DNA of 64,000 bases from Candidatus Latescibacterota bacterium (GCA_965222075.1 OZ244937.1:5248001-5312000); one strand, 5' to 3'; counted from the first letter of the stretch, positions 1-9,713 are shown. Notes: generated by a model not told the origin, from the letters alone. Numbers and translations: made by a program.

Positions 1-1459
1 TCAGTCTGACACTGGACAGATTCAACCAGCCGACGCCACCGACCACCCGTTACCCGACCAATCCGCCGGAGTCTGGTTCACCGACCCGCCCTATTACGAT
101 GCCATTGCCTACGCAGATCTATCTGATTTCTTCTTTATCTGGCTTAAACGTGTCCTCCCACGGGATGACCCCTTGTTGCAGAATCCGTCTAACCCGAAAA
201 ATCCTCTGTCTCCCAAACAAGAGGAAGTAATTCAGGACCCTGCTCGTTTCGTCAATGGCGCGGCCAAAGACCAGGGCTTCTATGAATCGAGAATAGCGAA
301 GGCCTTTGCGGAGGGCTGCCGTGTTCTCCAAGAGGACGGCGTTGGCTCCGTCGTCTTCGCTCACAAAACGACCGAAGGCTGGGAGGCGCTGCTCTCCGGC
401 ATGATCCAGGGCGGCTGGACCATCACCGGCTCCTGGCCGATTGCGACCGAGATGGGGTCCAGACTCAACGCACGCGACACCGCATCCCTCGCCACCAGCA
501 TCCACCTGATCTGTCGCCCGCGTCCAGAAAATGCGTCGGTTGGCGATTGGGCCGATGTGCTGCGGGAACTGCCGGTCCGCGTCGGTGATTGGATGGAACG
601 GTTGCAGAGTGAAGGGATTCGAGGTGCGGATCTGGTGTTCGCCTGCATCGGGCCGGCGCTGGAGATTTTCAGCCGCTACCGCGCAGTGGAGACTGCCGAA
701 AGTGATACGGTCGGCCTGTCTGAATATCTGGAGAAGGTCTGGGAGGTGGTCGGCCGCGCCGCGTTGCAACAGGTGCTGGGCACGGCACAGGCCTGCCTGT
801 CTGCCGACGAGGCAGGTGCGCTGGAAGAGGATGCCCGGCTGACCGCGCTCTTCCTCTGGACGCTCCAGAGCACGGACACCGTTGCAGAGAATCAGGAACA
901 AGCGGACGAGGTAGGCGAGGAAGCCGTCGCCAAAGTAGCGTCGAAGGGGTTCAGCCTGCCCTTTGACGTGGTACGCCGCTTTGCCCAACCCATGGGCATT
1001 GACCTGGATACATGGAAGGACCGTATCATCGGCCAGGAAAAGGGCGTGGTGCGCCTGTTGCCAGTGGCCGAGCGGGCCGGGGAACTCTTCGGCGAGGATG
1101 GCGCTGCCGCCGCGGCTGACTGGATCGAGAGCGACCCGCATGCCGACGTGCAGCAGACGCTTTTTTCCGACTGGCAGGACAGCGCGCCTGCAATCGTCCG
1201 GGAGCCGCGGCCGCGATACGGCGAAGCATCCGACGAATACCCCGCTTCGACTCTTGGCGACACCACCCTCGACCGCGTCCACACCGCCATGCTGTTCCAG
1301 GCCAGCGGTCACGCCAATGCGCTGCGGAAGCTGATTGGCACCGAGCAGGATCGCGGCCCTGACTTCCTGCGGCTTGCCAACGCGCTATCGGCCCTCTATC
1401 CTCAAGGGTCCAACGAGAAACGCCTGCTCGACGCCATGCTCCTGGCGGTACCGAGGTGA
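1..1459 (+). CDS. DUF1156-family adenine-specific DNA methyltransferase, 5'-truncated by the window edge
   Basis: Frame is open from position 2 (QSDTGQIQPADATDHPLPDQSAGVWFTDPPYYDAIAYADLSDFFFIWLKR). It has the N6-MTase DPPY motif, VFAHKTTEGWE and SWPIATEM motifs, and a DUF499 gene downstream. Confidence 0.9.
   Translation, partial: QSDTGQIQPADATDHPLPDQSAGVWFTDPPYYDAIAYADLSDFFFIWLKRVLPRDDPLLQNPSNPKNPLSPKQEEVIQDPARFVNGAAKDQGFYESRIAKAFAEGCRVLQEDGVGSVVFAHKTTEGWEALLSGMIQGGWTITGSWPIATEMGSRLNARDTASLATSIHLICRPRPENASVGDWADVLRELPVRVGDWMERLQSEGIRGADLVFACIGPALEIFSRYRAVETAESDTVGLSEYLEKVWEVVGRAALQQVLGTAQACLSADEAGALEEDARLTALFLWTLQSTDTVAENQEQADEVGEEAVAKVASKGFSLPFDVVRRFAQPMGIDLDTWKDRIIGQEKGVVRLLPVAERAGELFGEDGAAAAADWIESDPHADVQQTLFSDWQDSAPAIVREPRPRYGEASDEYPASTLGDTTLDRVHTAMLFQASGHANALRKLIGTEQDRGPDFLRLANALSALYPQGSNEKRLLDAMLLAVPR
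1344..1459 (+). repeat. Methylase 3'-end direct repeat, copy 1
   Basis: Encodes QDRGPDFLRLANALSALYPQGSNEKRLLDAMLLAVPR*; recurs at 2166-2281 and ~3735-3802. Confidence 0.95.
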
Positions 1460-1505
1460 GGACATGCGACAGACGTGAACAACGTGTGAAGTTGATTCGA
1501 GACCG

Positions 1506-1817
1506 ATGCATATAGTCCCATCAAAGAACGACGTTTCAATCAGGTTGACCGAAGAGAGGTGGCGTCATGTTGCGGAGCGCCATCCCGAGATGAAGAAGCA
1601 CCGGGCGGAGGTTCTCGAGACGATTGCGGAACCGGACGTCATTCAACAGGGTGACTTCGGCGTCTTGTTGGCAGCACGTCTGTACCCCCGGACAGCGCTC
1701 ACCAGCAAGTATGTCATAGTGGCCTATCGAGAACGTGGGGAAACGGACGGCTTTGTGCTAACCGCATACTTGACCAGCCGGCCGACATCAAGGAGGAGAA
1801 TCCTATGGAAACGCTGA
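1506..1817 (+). CDS. Putative RelE/BrnT-like (PBECR2-type) ribonuclease toxin
   Basis: 103 aa with IRLTEERWRHV..RHPEM and FVLTAY motifs; overlaps the DUF2283 gene. Confidence 0.65.
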   Translation: MHIVPSKNDVSIRLTEERWRHVAERHPEMKKHRAEVLETIAEPDVIQQGDFGVLLAARLYPRTALTSKYVIVAYRERGETDGFVLTAYLTSRPTSRRRILWKR

Positions 1818-2032
1818 AGATTCTGGAAAGCAAGCAGAGCCTGAACTGGGACTACGACGGCGAGGCGGATGTGCTGTACATCTCTGTCGCGTCACCGAAA
1901 CCCGCGGTGGGCATCGACGTTGGGGAGGGCGTGATCGTTCGCTACGACGAGATGCACAAGGAAGTCGTCGGTCTCTCAATCGTCGGTCTTCGCGAGAAAA
2001 TGCTGCGCGAGCTGTCGACCCGCGCGCGCTGA
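1805..2032 (+). CDS. DUF2283 domain protein, putative antitoxin
   Basis: YDGEADVLYI...GVIVRYD...VVGLSI signature; AGGAGG RBS. Confidence 0.85.
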   Translation: METLKILESKQSLNWDYDGEADVLYISVASPKPAVGIDVGEGVIVRYDEMHKEVVGLSIVGLREKMLRELSTRAR

Positions 2033-2077
2033 GGTAGGGCCGCCGGGCCTTCGGAGCCTGGAACACTGTAGGAAGAT

Positions 2078-2281
2078 ATGAATGAAGAGAATGGCCAGCA
2101 GGAACAGGAAGACGAGGCCGACCTGCCTGCCAGGAAGTCTCTCGCAGGCGAGGAAGCGGTCGCCAAGCAGGATCGCGGCCCCGATTTCCTACGGCTTGCC
2201 AACGTGCTATCGGCCCTCTATCCACAGGGCTGCAACGAGAACCGCCTGCTTGACGCCATGCTGTTGGCGGTGCCGAGGTGA
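2078..2281 (+). pseudogene. Internally deleted duplicate of the methylase C-terminus (repeat copy 2)
   Basis: A segment matching 887-934 (ENQEQ..DE..GEEAVAK) is joined in frame to a segment matching 1344-1459. Confidence 0.85.
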
Positions 2282-2328
2282 TGCTTGATCCAGTACTTAG
2301 GTGTGCAACAAAGGTTTGCCGAAAAAGG

Positions 2329-2358
2329 TTGACACGAAGCGAAAATCCCGGTTAAATA
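2329..2358 (+). promoter_or_regulatory. Possible sigma70 promoter for the serine protease gene
   Basis: Perfect TTGACA at 2329; weak AT-rich -10 (TTAAAT/TAAATA) 17-18 bp downstream. Confidence 0.35.
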
Positions 2359-2422
2359 CACAAATCCCGAGTCATACGAGGAGACAACATGCGTCGAATT
2401 CCAGCGGGGAGGGGTACACTCT

Positions 2423-3316
2423 ATGGCCGATGATAGGACCGCGCAACCTGCGCCACAAAAAAATCCAGCTACGAGCGATTCAATCGCGGTCGAGTGGCTT
2501 CGTTCCAAGCTCGCTGAAATTGAGAAGCATACCTGTATGGATGCGCTGACAATTTTCGGTCCGATCATGGGGTCAGTCGATCACCGCGTCAGGTTGGCGA
2601 TCGAAAGCGTGCCGGAACGCCGCGAAGGTTCGCTCGTGATCATTGATACAATTGGTGGAATCGTCGAGGTCGCCGAACGCATTGTAACCACGCTCAGGCA
2701 TTACTATAAAGAGGTGAAGTTTCTCATTCCCGATAGGGCGATGTCGGCGGGGACGGTACTCGTGATGTCTGGGGACGCAATTTTGATGGATCACTTTTCT
2801 TGTTTGGGGCCGGTTGATCCCCAGTTGGATATAGAAGGCAAACCAATCCCGATATCAGTTCTTTCTTATCTTGAACAATACGAACGCTTCGTTAAAAAAG
2901 CCGAAGAAGGCACCCTGACAAGTGCGGACTTGGTACTGCTTCAGAAACTTGATGCCGCTGATTTGCGGCAGTACGAACTGGCGGCCAAGCTATCGGTTCG
3001 ACTCATTCAAGATTGGCTTGTGACGTACAAATTCAAGGATTGGTCAACACACGGTTCTACAAAGAAAACTGTTACCCAAAAAGAAAAGGAGAAGCGTGCG
3101 GAAGAGATCGCCCAAGCACTTAACGATCAAGAAAGATGGGGCACTCATGGACGTGGAATTAATCGGGATGTTCTTGCTGAATTGAAGCTCAAAATTGATG
3201 ATTTGGAAGCCGATCCTACATTGAGCAACTTGATCAAGGAGTACTTCTGGTTTTTCAGGGATTTTGCGTTCAAGACAGAAGCGATTAGCCTAGTCCATAA
3301 CCGTTATTACTTTTGA
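2423..3316 (+). CDS. SDH-family Clp-fold serine protease (peptidase S49-like)
   Basis: IDTIGG, AMSAGTVL and LGPVDPQ motifs; visibly more AT-rich than its flanks. Confidence 0.85.
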   Translation: MADDRTAQPAPQKNPATSDSIAVEWLRSKLAEIEKHTCMDALTIFGPIMGSVDHRVRLAIESVPERREGSLVIIDTIGGIVEVAERIVTTLRHYYKEVKFLIPDRAMSAGTVLVMSGDAILMDHFSCLGPVDPQLDIEGKPIPISVLSYLEQYERFVKKAEEGTLTSADLVLLQKLDAADLRQYELAAKLSVRLIQDWLVTYKFKDWSTHGSTKKTVTQKEKEKRAEEIAQALNDQERWGTHGRGINRDVLAELKLKIDDLEADPTLSNLIKEYFWFFRDFAFKTEAISLVHNRYYF

Positions 3317-3327
3317 AAGGAGTCCCC

Positions 3328-3549
3328 ATGCTAAAGGAACACCAACTAATGCTAACCGAAGAGCAGATCGCGAAGAATCCAGCGATCGATCCCAAGATCG
3401 TCAAAGAGGCCCTGCAAATGCGCCGAGAACTCGAAAAACTGGGAGTGTGGGAAGATAGCGGTAGTCGAGTGAGAAACCCCTTTGAAATCAAGCCTGCCTT
3501 GAATCCACGGGGACAAAGCGGGAATCGGCTCATCACGCAGAACCGATAA
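3328..3549 (+). CDS. Small hypothetical protein
   Basis: AAGGAG RBS before ATG 3328; lies directly after the protease gene. Confidence 0.5.
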   Translation: MLKEHQLMLTEEQIAKNPAIDPKIVKEALQMRRELEKLGVWEDSGSRVRNPFEIKPALNPRGQSGNRLITQNR

Positions 3550-3734
3550 TTCCTATTGATGCCTAAAGCGCTCAGAAGGCACATGACCTCTTGGAAAAGG
3601 CTTTCCTTCCCACACTGCGAGATTCGTGGAAACTGTTCCTTCAACCCGACAAACTCAACCGTCCTTCGCCGACACTGATCGTCTCTGAGCAAACCTTGGT
3701 CCCGAATTCCCACATTTTGCCAAACTCCCTAACC

Positions 3735-3802
3735 GCCCTCTATCCTCAAGGGTGCAACGAGAAACGCCTGCTCGACGCCATGCTGCTGGCGGTACCGAGG
3801 TG
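3735..3802 (+). repeat. Methylase 3'-end direct repeat, copy 3
   Basis: GCCCTCTATCCTCAAGGGTGCAACGAGAAACGCCTGCTCGACGCCATGCTGCTGGCGGTACCGAGGTG is nearly identical to 1391-1458. Confidence 0.95.
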
Positions 3803-3805
3803 GCC

Positions 3806-5488
3806 ATGATCCGGTGCGTTACGATCAAGAATTTCAAGCGCTTCCGCAAGCAGTCGTTCGAGCTGGCGGATTCAGTCGTCCTCGCCGGGCCGAACAACGC
3901 CGGGAAGTCCACGTTGCTCCAGGCGATTGCGACCTGGAAGTTCGGGCTCGACCGATGGGTCGCTCAGCGGGTGGGGGGCAGGGCCGTTACGCGGTCCGGG
4001 ATCGCGATCCCACGCGCCGACATCACTGCGGTGCCGCTTCGGGAGATGAATCTCCTCTGGGAGGATCGCAGAGTCACCGGCCCGCGCGGCATGTCCGGGA
4101 CGCGGCGGCTGATCGAGATCGTCGTGGAAGGGCAAGCGAACGGGGAGCCCTGGACGTGTGGGATCGAACTCCAGTACGCCAATCCCGAGCTGGCGTACGT
4201 ACGGCCTCGGGATGCGAAGAGTCTGGATCGCGAAGCCTTGCGGGATTTTCCGCCGGAGGCGGCACAGCAACTCAATATCGTCCATGTCCCCCCGCTCTCG
4301 GGTATTGAGCGCGATGAGCCTCGGCGCGACCGGGGTATGCAGGACCTGCTCGTCGGCCAGGGGCGACCAGGCGAGATCCTGCGCAATCTTCTGCTGGAGA
4401 TTGCCGAGAGCAAGGATGAAGAGAGTTGGTCGTTGCTTGCGCGGCACATCCAGGACCTCTTCGGGATAGAACTGCTCAAGCCCGCCTATTCGCCGGCCCA
4501 GCCGTACATTGTGTGCGAGTACCGCGAGCCGGGGCACACCCGGCCGCTCGACCTTTCCAACGCCGGGAGCGGAACCCTGCAAGTGCTTCTCCTGTTCGCC
4601 TTCTTGTACGCCCGACCCGCCACGGTGATCCTGCTCGACGAGCCTGACGCGCACCAGCACGTCATCCTGCAACGGCAGGTGTACGACCTGATCCGCAAGG
4701 TCGCCCGCGAGCGCGGCGGGCAGGTGATCGCGGCGACGCACTCCGAAGTCGTCCTCGATGCGACGGAGCCGGCCCGGGTGATCGGGCTCTTCGGCGAAGC
4801 CCCCCGTGCACTGGCTAGCGAGACCGAGCGCAATCAGCTTCGAGAGGCGCTCAAGCGCGTCACCACGACCGATCTGTTGCTGGCTCAGGAGGTCGGGGCC
4901 GTGCTCTACGTCGAGAGCGAAACGGACGAGAGGATACTGGCGGAGTGGGCGCGGATCCTCGATCATCCGGCGCGACGCTTCTTCGAGCGGCCTTTTGTCC
5001 ACTGGCTCAGTGGCAGGAGCCTGCGCGAAGTGAGAGCACATTTCTTCGCCATGCAGGCGGTCTTTCCCGGGATGCCCGCCCTTTGTCTGCTTGATGGGGA
5101 CAATCGCGATGAGCCGGACGTAGAGACGACGCATGCCGGTCTGGTCCTGCTGCGCTGGCGTCGCTACGAGATCGAGAACTACCTTCTGCAGCCGGAGGCG
5201 ATCAAGCGATTCGTCGATTTCCCGCTGATGCAGCCAGAAATTGACGCTGCATTCTGGAGCCAGGTGCCCCAGGGGACCGACCTCTTTGGGGATCACGTCT
5301 CGCTCGTGCGCGTCAAAGCAAGCGATGAGTTCCTGGTGCCGCTGTTGGAAAATCTCGGCAGCAACACCCCCAAGAGAGATCTATATCTGCTGGCAGCCGT
5401 TATGAACAAAGACGAGATCCACCCGGAGATCCACGAGAAACTCGACCGTATCGCAGAGTCGCTCAATCCTCACGAGCCAGGGGCGTAG
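3806..5488 (+). CDS. ABC/AAA ATPase with C-terminal TOPRIM-like domain (OLD-like ATP-dependent nuclease)
   Basis: IKNFKRF, Walker A GPNNAGKST, GSG signature, Walker B LLDEPDAH and ATHS; TOPRIM-like YVESETD, LLDGD and EIENYLL. Confidence 0.8.
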   Translation: MIRCVTIKNFKRFRKQSFELADSVVLAGPNNAGKSTLLQAIATWKFGLDRWVAQRVGGRAVTRSGIAIPRADITAVPLREMNLLWEDRRVTGPRGMSGTRRLIEIVVEGQANGEPWTCGIELQYANPELAYVRPRDAKSLDREALRDFPPEAAQQLNIVHVPPLSGIERDEPRRDRGMQDLLVGQGRPGEILRNLLLEIAESKDEESWSLLARHIQDLFGIELLKPAYSPAQPYIVCEYREPGHTRPLDLSNAGSGTLQVLLLFAFLYARPATVILLDEPDAHQHVILQRQVYDLIRKVARERGGQVIAATHSEVVLDATEPARVIGLFGEAPRALASETERNQLREALKRVTTTDLLLAQEVGAVLYVESETDERILAEWARILDHPARRFFERPFVHWLSGRSLREVRAHFFAMQAVFPGMPALCLLDGDNRDEPDVETTHAGLVLLRWRRYEIENYLLQPEAIKRFVDFPLMQPEIDAAFWSQVPQGTDLFGDHVSLVRVKASDEFLVPLLENLGSNTPKRDLYLLAAVMNKDEIHPEIHEKLDRIAESLNPHEPGA

Positions 5489-5546
5489 CGATGCAAGTAA
5501 GGTGACGACCAATGGTCCCCTGGTACAGATCGAGGAGAGGTACAGA

Positions 5547-8348
5547 ATGGCGCTTGAGCCCTGGTATAAAATCGTAACGCTCCGCAAGGAAGTGCGGGAA
5601 GGCCGTTCGTTCAGCCCGGACGAGTTCGCCATCGCGATGGAACAGGTGGTCGCCAGGACCGCGCCGGAGGACTACAGCGATCCGGCGCAGTTCTTTTCGC
5701 GCACGTGCTTCACGCGTGCGTTGAAGGAGCATGCCGGTATGGTTCTTCGGCGGCTTTCCGGCAAGACCGGGAACACGGCGCCGGTTCTGACGCTGATCAC
5801 CCAATTCGGCGGTGGCAAGACGCACACCCTCACCGCGCTTTATCACCTCGCCAACGCTGGCGCGGAGGCGTCCAGGTTCCCCGGTGTGGCCGATCTGCTG
5901 ACTGAGGCCGGGATAGCAGAAGTACCCTCTGCCCGCGTGGGCGTCTTTGTGGGCAATGCCTGGGACCCGGCGGAGGGGCGGGAGACGCCCTGGATTGATC
6001 TGGCTCGCCAGCTGGCGGGCGAGCAGGGTGTTGCCGCGCTTGGCGCTGCTGCGCGGACCACACCGCCGGGAACCGAGGCACTGGCCAGGGTGTTCGCGGC
6101 TGCGGAGGCGCCCGTGTTGCTGCTGTTCGACGAGGTGCTCAACTTTGTCAACCGCCACCGGGGCATGGCCGAGGGCTTCCACGCCTTCCTTCAGAACCTG
6201 ACCGTCGCCGTCACCGGTACGACCCGGGCGGCTGCGATTATCAGCCTGCCGCGCAGCCAGGTGGAAATGACCGATTGGGATCAGCAGTGGCAGGACCGGA
6301 TTACCAAGGTGGTCCGCCGCGTCGCGCGCGACCTGATCGCCAATGACGAATCCGAGATCAGCGAGGTGGTGCGCCGGCGGCTGTTCGAGGATCTCGGCAA
6401 AGCGCGCATTCGCAAGAGAGTCGCCAGGATCTACGCGGACTGGTGCTTTGAACGGACCGCCCGCCTGCCCTCCGAGTGGCTGGCGGTGGATACCGCGACG
6501 ACGGAGGGCAGGGCGAGAGAGTTTCTGCGGGGCCGATTCGAGGCGTGCTATCCGTTCCATCCTGCGACCCTTTCGGTTTTTCAGCGGAAGTGGCGCGCGC
6601 TACCCCAGTTTCAGCAGACCCGGGGCGCGCTGGCCATGCTGGCGCAATGGATCTCCTGGGCCGCGCACGAGCAGTTTAAGAAGGCGCGCACGGAGCCGCT
6701 GATTACGCTGGGGTCGGCGCCGCTGGACGTTTCCGAGTTTCGTGCCGTGGTCCTGGGCCAGTTGGGTGAATCCAGGCTGGATGCGGCGATTGATGCCGAT
6801 CTCGCGGGGCCGATGGCGCATGCCAGATCCCTGGATGTGGACGCTAAGGGGGCTCTGCGCGATATCCACCGCCGCGTGGGCACGGCGATCCTGTTCGAGT
6901 CCTCCGGTGGACAGGTGGACAAGGTGGCCCACCTGCCGGAGTTGCGCTTCGCGCTTGGCGAGCCCGAGGTCGATACGACGACGATTGACAATGCTGCGAC
7001 GGACCTGGAAAGGTCCGGGTTCTTCATCCGCAGGGTCGGGACGGACGGCTATCGCATCCATCACCAGGCGACCTTGAAGAAGGTCGTCAGTGACCGGCAG
7101 GCATCGCTCGATGAAGACACGGAGATCAGGCCGGCGATCCGCAAGCTCATCGAGGATGCGTTCAAATCCGGCGCAACCCTTCCGGTTGTTTGCTTCCCGG
7201 GGGATAGCACCGAGGTCCAGGATTCGCCGAGTCTAAAGCTGATCGTCCTCGACCCCGAGACCGGGTGGACGCCCGTCAGCCAGGTGAGCGAGCGCATCGG
7301 CAATTGGACCACGGAGCGGGGCAATTCGCCACGGCTTTACCCGGGTTCGCTGGTCTGGTGTGCGAGAAAACCGGGGCGGGAGCTTCGCCAGAAGGTTGAG
7401 TTGTGGCTCGCGTGGCAGCGCGTGGCTGGCGAGGTGGCCGAGGGCGTTCTCGGCGCGGAATTCGACCGCGCGGATCGTGTGGGAGTTCAAGCACAGGTCA
7501 GAGACGCGCATGAAGCGGCCAGGGACGAAGTATGGGCGAGCTATCGCTTCGCAGTGCTGGGGGACAGCCAGGAGGAGCATGGGCTCAAGACCATTGACCT
7601 CGGCGCCGGCCACGCAAGTACAGGTGAGACCCTGTGCGGACGGATTATCGGCGCGTTGAAGGCCGAGGCCCTGCTCAACGAGTCCGTTGGGGCGGGCTAT
7701 ATTGACCGACATTGGCCGCCGGCGTTAAAGGAATCCGGGGCCTGGCCTCTCACCAGCCTGCGTCAAAGCTTCCTGAATGGATCGCTCACACGGCTGATTG
7801 ACCCGGACGCGATCCTTCGCCGCAAGATCGTTGAGTTCGTGGGAAGTGGAGATTTCGGCCTGGCATCCGGTGCGAAGGATGACGGTCAATATGAGCGGCT
7901 GTGGCATGCGGAGTCAATCGGGGTCGAGGAAGTGGCGTTTGAGGCCCGTGTGTTTTTGTTGACCAAAGCCAAAGCCGAGGAACTCAAAACGACACCTGAA
8001 GATCCGCCACAGCCGCAACCGGAGCCTGCGCCAGGTCCAGTCCCGGAACCCGAGCCGGAGCCTGAACCGGGAGCCGGTCCCGAGCCGAGTCCGGGCACTC
8101 AGAAAACAACACTTCGGCTTTCCGGCACCGTTCCCCCCGAGGTCTGGAACCGGCTTGGAACCAGGCTATTGCCCAAGCTGCGCTCCGGGGACGACCTCAG
8201 CGTGGGTATTGACTTCTGCGTGAGTGTCGGCTCGGCGTCCGCCAGGAACCTGGAGGAAGAGCTGCAGCAGATTCTGGATGATCTCAGGCTGGGCGACCGG
8301 GTTCGTGTCGAAAGATCCGAAACGAAAGGGTCGAGAAATAACGAATGA
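5547..8348 (+). CDS. DUF499 ATPase
   Basis: LEPWYK..LRKEV, TQFGGGKTH, LLFDE, YPFHP and FQQTRG motifs; Pro/Glu linker near the C-terminus. Confidence 0.9.
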   Translation: MALEPWYKIVTLRKEVREGRSFSPDEFAIAMEQVVARTAPEDYSDPAQFFSRTCFTRALKEHAGMVLRRLSGKTGNTAPVLTLITQFGGGKTHTLTALYHLANAGAEASRFPGVADLLTEAGIAEVPSARVGVFVGNAWDPAEGRETPWIDLARQLAGEQGVAALGAAARTTPPGTEALARVFAAAEAPVLLLFDEVLNFVNRHRGMAEGFHAFLQNLTVAVTGTTRAAAIISLPRSQVEMTDWDQQWQDRITKVVRRVARDLIANDESEISEVVRRRLFEDLGKARIRKRVARIYADWCFERTARLPSEWLAVDTATTEGRAREFLRGRFEACYPFHPATLSVFQRKWRALPQFQQTRGALAMLAQWISWAAHEQFKKARTEPLITLGSAPLDVSEFRAVVLGQLGESRLDAAIDADLAGPMAHARSLDVDAKGALRDIHRRVGTAILFESSGGQVDKVAHLPELRFALGEPEVDTTTIDNAATDLERSGFFIRRVGTDGYRIHHQATLKKVVSDRQASLDEDTEIRPAIRKLIEDAFKSGATLPVVCFPGDSTEVQDSPSLKLIVLDPETGWTPVSQVSERIGNWTTERGNSPRLYPGSLVWCARKPGRELRQKVELWLAWQRVAGEVAEGVLGAEFDRADRVGVQAQVRDAHEAARDEVWASYRFAVLGDSQEEHGLKTIDLGAGHASTGETLCGRIIGALKAEALLNESVGAGYIDRHWPPALKESGAWPLTSLRQSFLNGSLTRLIDPDAILRRKIVEFVGSGDFGLASGAKDDGQYERLWHAESIGVEEVAFEARVFLLTKAKAEELKTTPEDPPQPQPEPAPGPVPEPEPEPEPGAGPEPSPGTQKTTLRLSGTVPPEVWNRLGTRLLPKLRSGDDLSVGIDFCVSVGSASARNLEEELQQILDDLRLGDRVRVERSETKGSRNNE

Positions 8349-8401
8349 CGCGATAGCAAGGAGCAAGCCGTTGTTATCCTTTCTAAACAGGAGGTTACCG
8401 G

Positions 8402-9394
8402 ATGCCCAAACCGCTTTATCAACTGGACTGGCAGCGCCAGGAGCAGCCGGTTCTTTCGGCGATGACGACCGATGAGGACTGGTGTAACGTACAGCTCTAC
8501 AACCCCACGGTGGTGCGACACGGGAATCGGTACCTGATGTGGTACGTTGGCAACAGCAGCGCCGCGCGGGTAAGCGACATGGAGATCGGACTGGCCGAGT
8601 CGGACGACGGCATCCACTTCACGCCCCATCCGGGCAACCCGATCCTCAGGCAGGAGGATCTGCCGGCGGGGACGTGTTGGCAGACACCCCACGTGATGTT
8701 CGATCCTGACGAGGACCGCTTCAAGATGTGGTTCATCATGTCCGCTGGCGAGTGGGATCCGGAAACGGGCGGGGTCACCATTGACATGCATGACCTGGGG
8801 TTTGCGACCAGCTCCGACGGTCTGGCATGGGAGGTCCACCCGGAGCCGCTCTACGCCGGGGGGCGCCGGCCCTGCGTTATCAAGGATGGGCCCGGGGCCT
8901 ACCGGATGTGGATGGGAGCGGCGCCGGACTGGAAGGACGCGGAGGTGACCGATGCGGTGTTCCGGTTCGTGTCGACGGATGGGCTGGCCTGGAAACGGGA
9001 TCCGGAGCCGGTGATAACGGCTGAGGATGACGACCGGATCGGAAGCGTGGTATACCCCTTCGTATTGCAAACCGAGGATGGTTATGTGATGTGGTACAGC
9101 TGCCACGTGGCCGGTGGAATATTCGAAGTCTTTGCGTCGACGTCTGACGACGGCCTGGCGTGGACGCATCATCTGGACACGCCCGCTCTGCCAGCCACGC
9201 GGGACCGCAACGATTACGACGGGCGGTATACCTCTACGCCGTGTGTGCTGGATGACGGGGACCGGTACCTGATGTATTACTGCACGCGGGACTGGGGCAA
9301 TCTCTACCGGACGGGCGACGGGACGATCAGGACTGACAGCGAGGGTATCTACCGTCACATCGGCGTGGCTACTGTGGCAAAGGACCGGTTGTAG
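8402..9394 (+). CDS. Five-bladed beta-propeller glycosidase-like protein (GH32/43/130 clan-like)
   Basis: Repeated P.V....(Y/F).MW(Y/F)...A.S.DG..W blades. Confidence 0.7.
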   Translation: MPKPLYQLDWQRQEQPVLSAMTTDEDWCNVQLYNPTVVRHGNRYLMWYVGNSSAARVSDMEIGLAESDDGIHFTPHPGNPILRQEDLPAGTCWQTPHVMFDPDEDRFKMWFIMSAGEWDPETGGVTIDMHDLGFATSSDGLAWEVHPEPLYAGGRRPCVIKDGPGAYRMWMGAAPDWKDAEVTDAVFRFVSTDGLAWKRDPEPVITAEDDDRIGSVVYPFVLQTEDGYVMWYSCHVAGGIFEVFASTSDDGLAWTHHLDTPALPATRDRNDYDGRYTSTPCVLDDGDRYLMYYCTRDWGNLYRTGDGTIRTDSEGIYRHIGVATVAKDRL

Positions 9395-9430
9395 GGATAA
9401 GCTTCTGCTACGAGGCAGAGGAGGTCGCTT

Positions 9431-9652
9431 TTGCCGGATGGGTCTCAAAGGGAAGGCCTGCAGGATCGGGCCGTTCTTGAGGAACGCGGCCTGTCGGATG
9501 TGGAGGAGGCTGCGCGGGATGGGCTGACGCTTCGAGCATTCCTGATCGGGCTTGGGCTGTGCGCCTTCCTGGCGGTTGCGCTGGTCTACAATCGGATGGT
9601 GGGTGGTGGTGGATTTTTTACAGGGATGGTGGGGAATAGGGTCTATTTTTGA
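9431..9652 (+). pseudogene. N-terminal remnant of a DUF6785 paralog
   Basis: RDGLTLRAFLIGLGLCAFLAVALVYNRMV matches the start of 9806-11791, then similarity stops. Confidence 0.75.
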
Positions 9653-9675
9653 GCGAGACAACAGCTTTGTACGGT

Positions 9676-9713
9676 AAGAAATGACAGCGGTTTCAGGCTG
9701 TCATTTCTTTTAT
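9676..9713. terminator. Intrinsic, probably bidirectional terminator
   Basis: AAGAAATGACAGC-N8-GCTGTCATTTCTT stem followed by a T run. Confidence 0.75.

Noticed and set aside
7995-8095. CCGGAG/CCCGAG-like repeats in DUF499
   Set aside because: Ordinary Pro/Glu-rich linker coding sequence.
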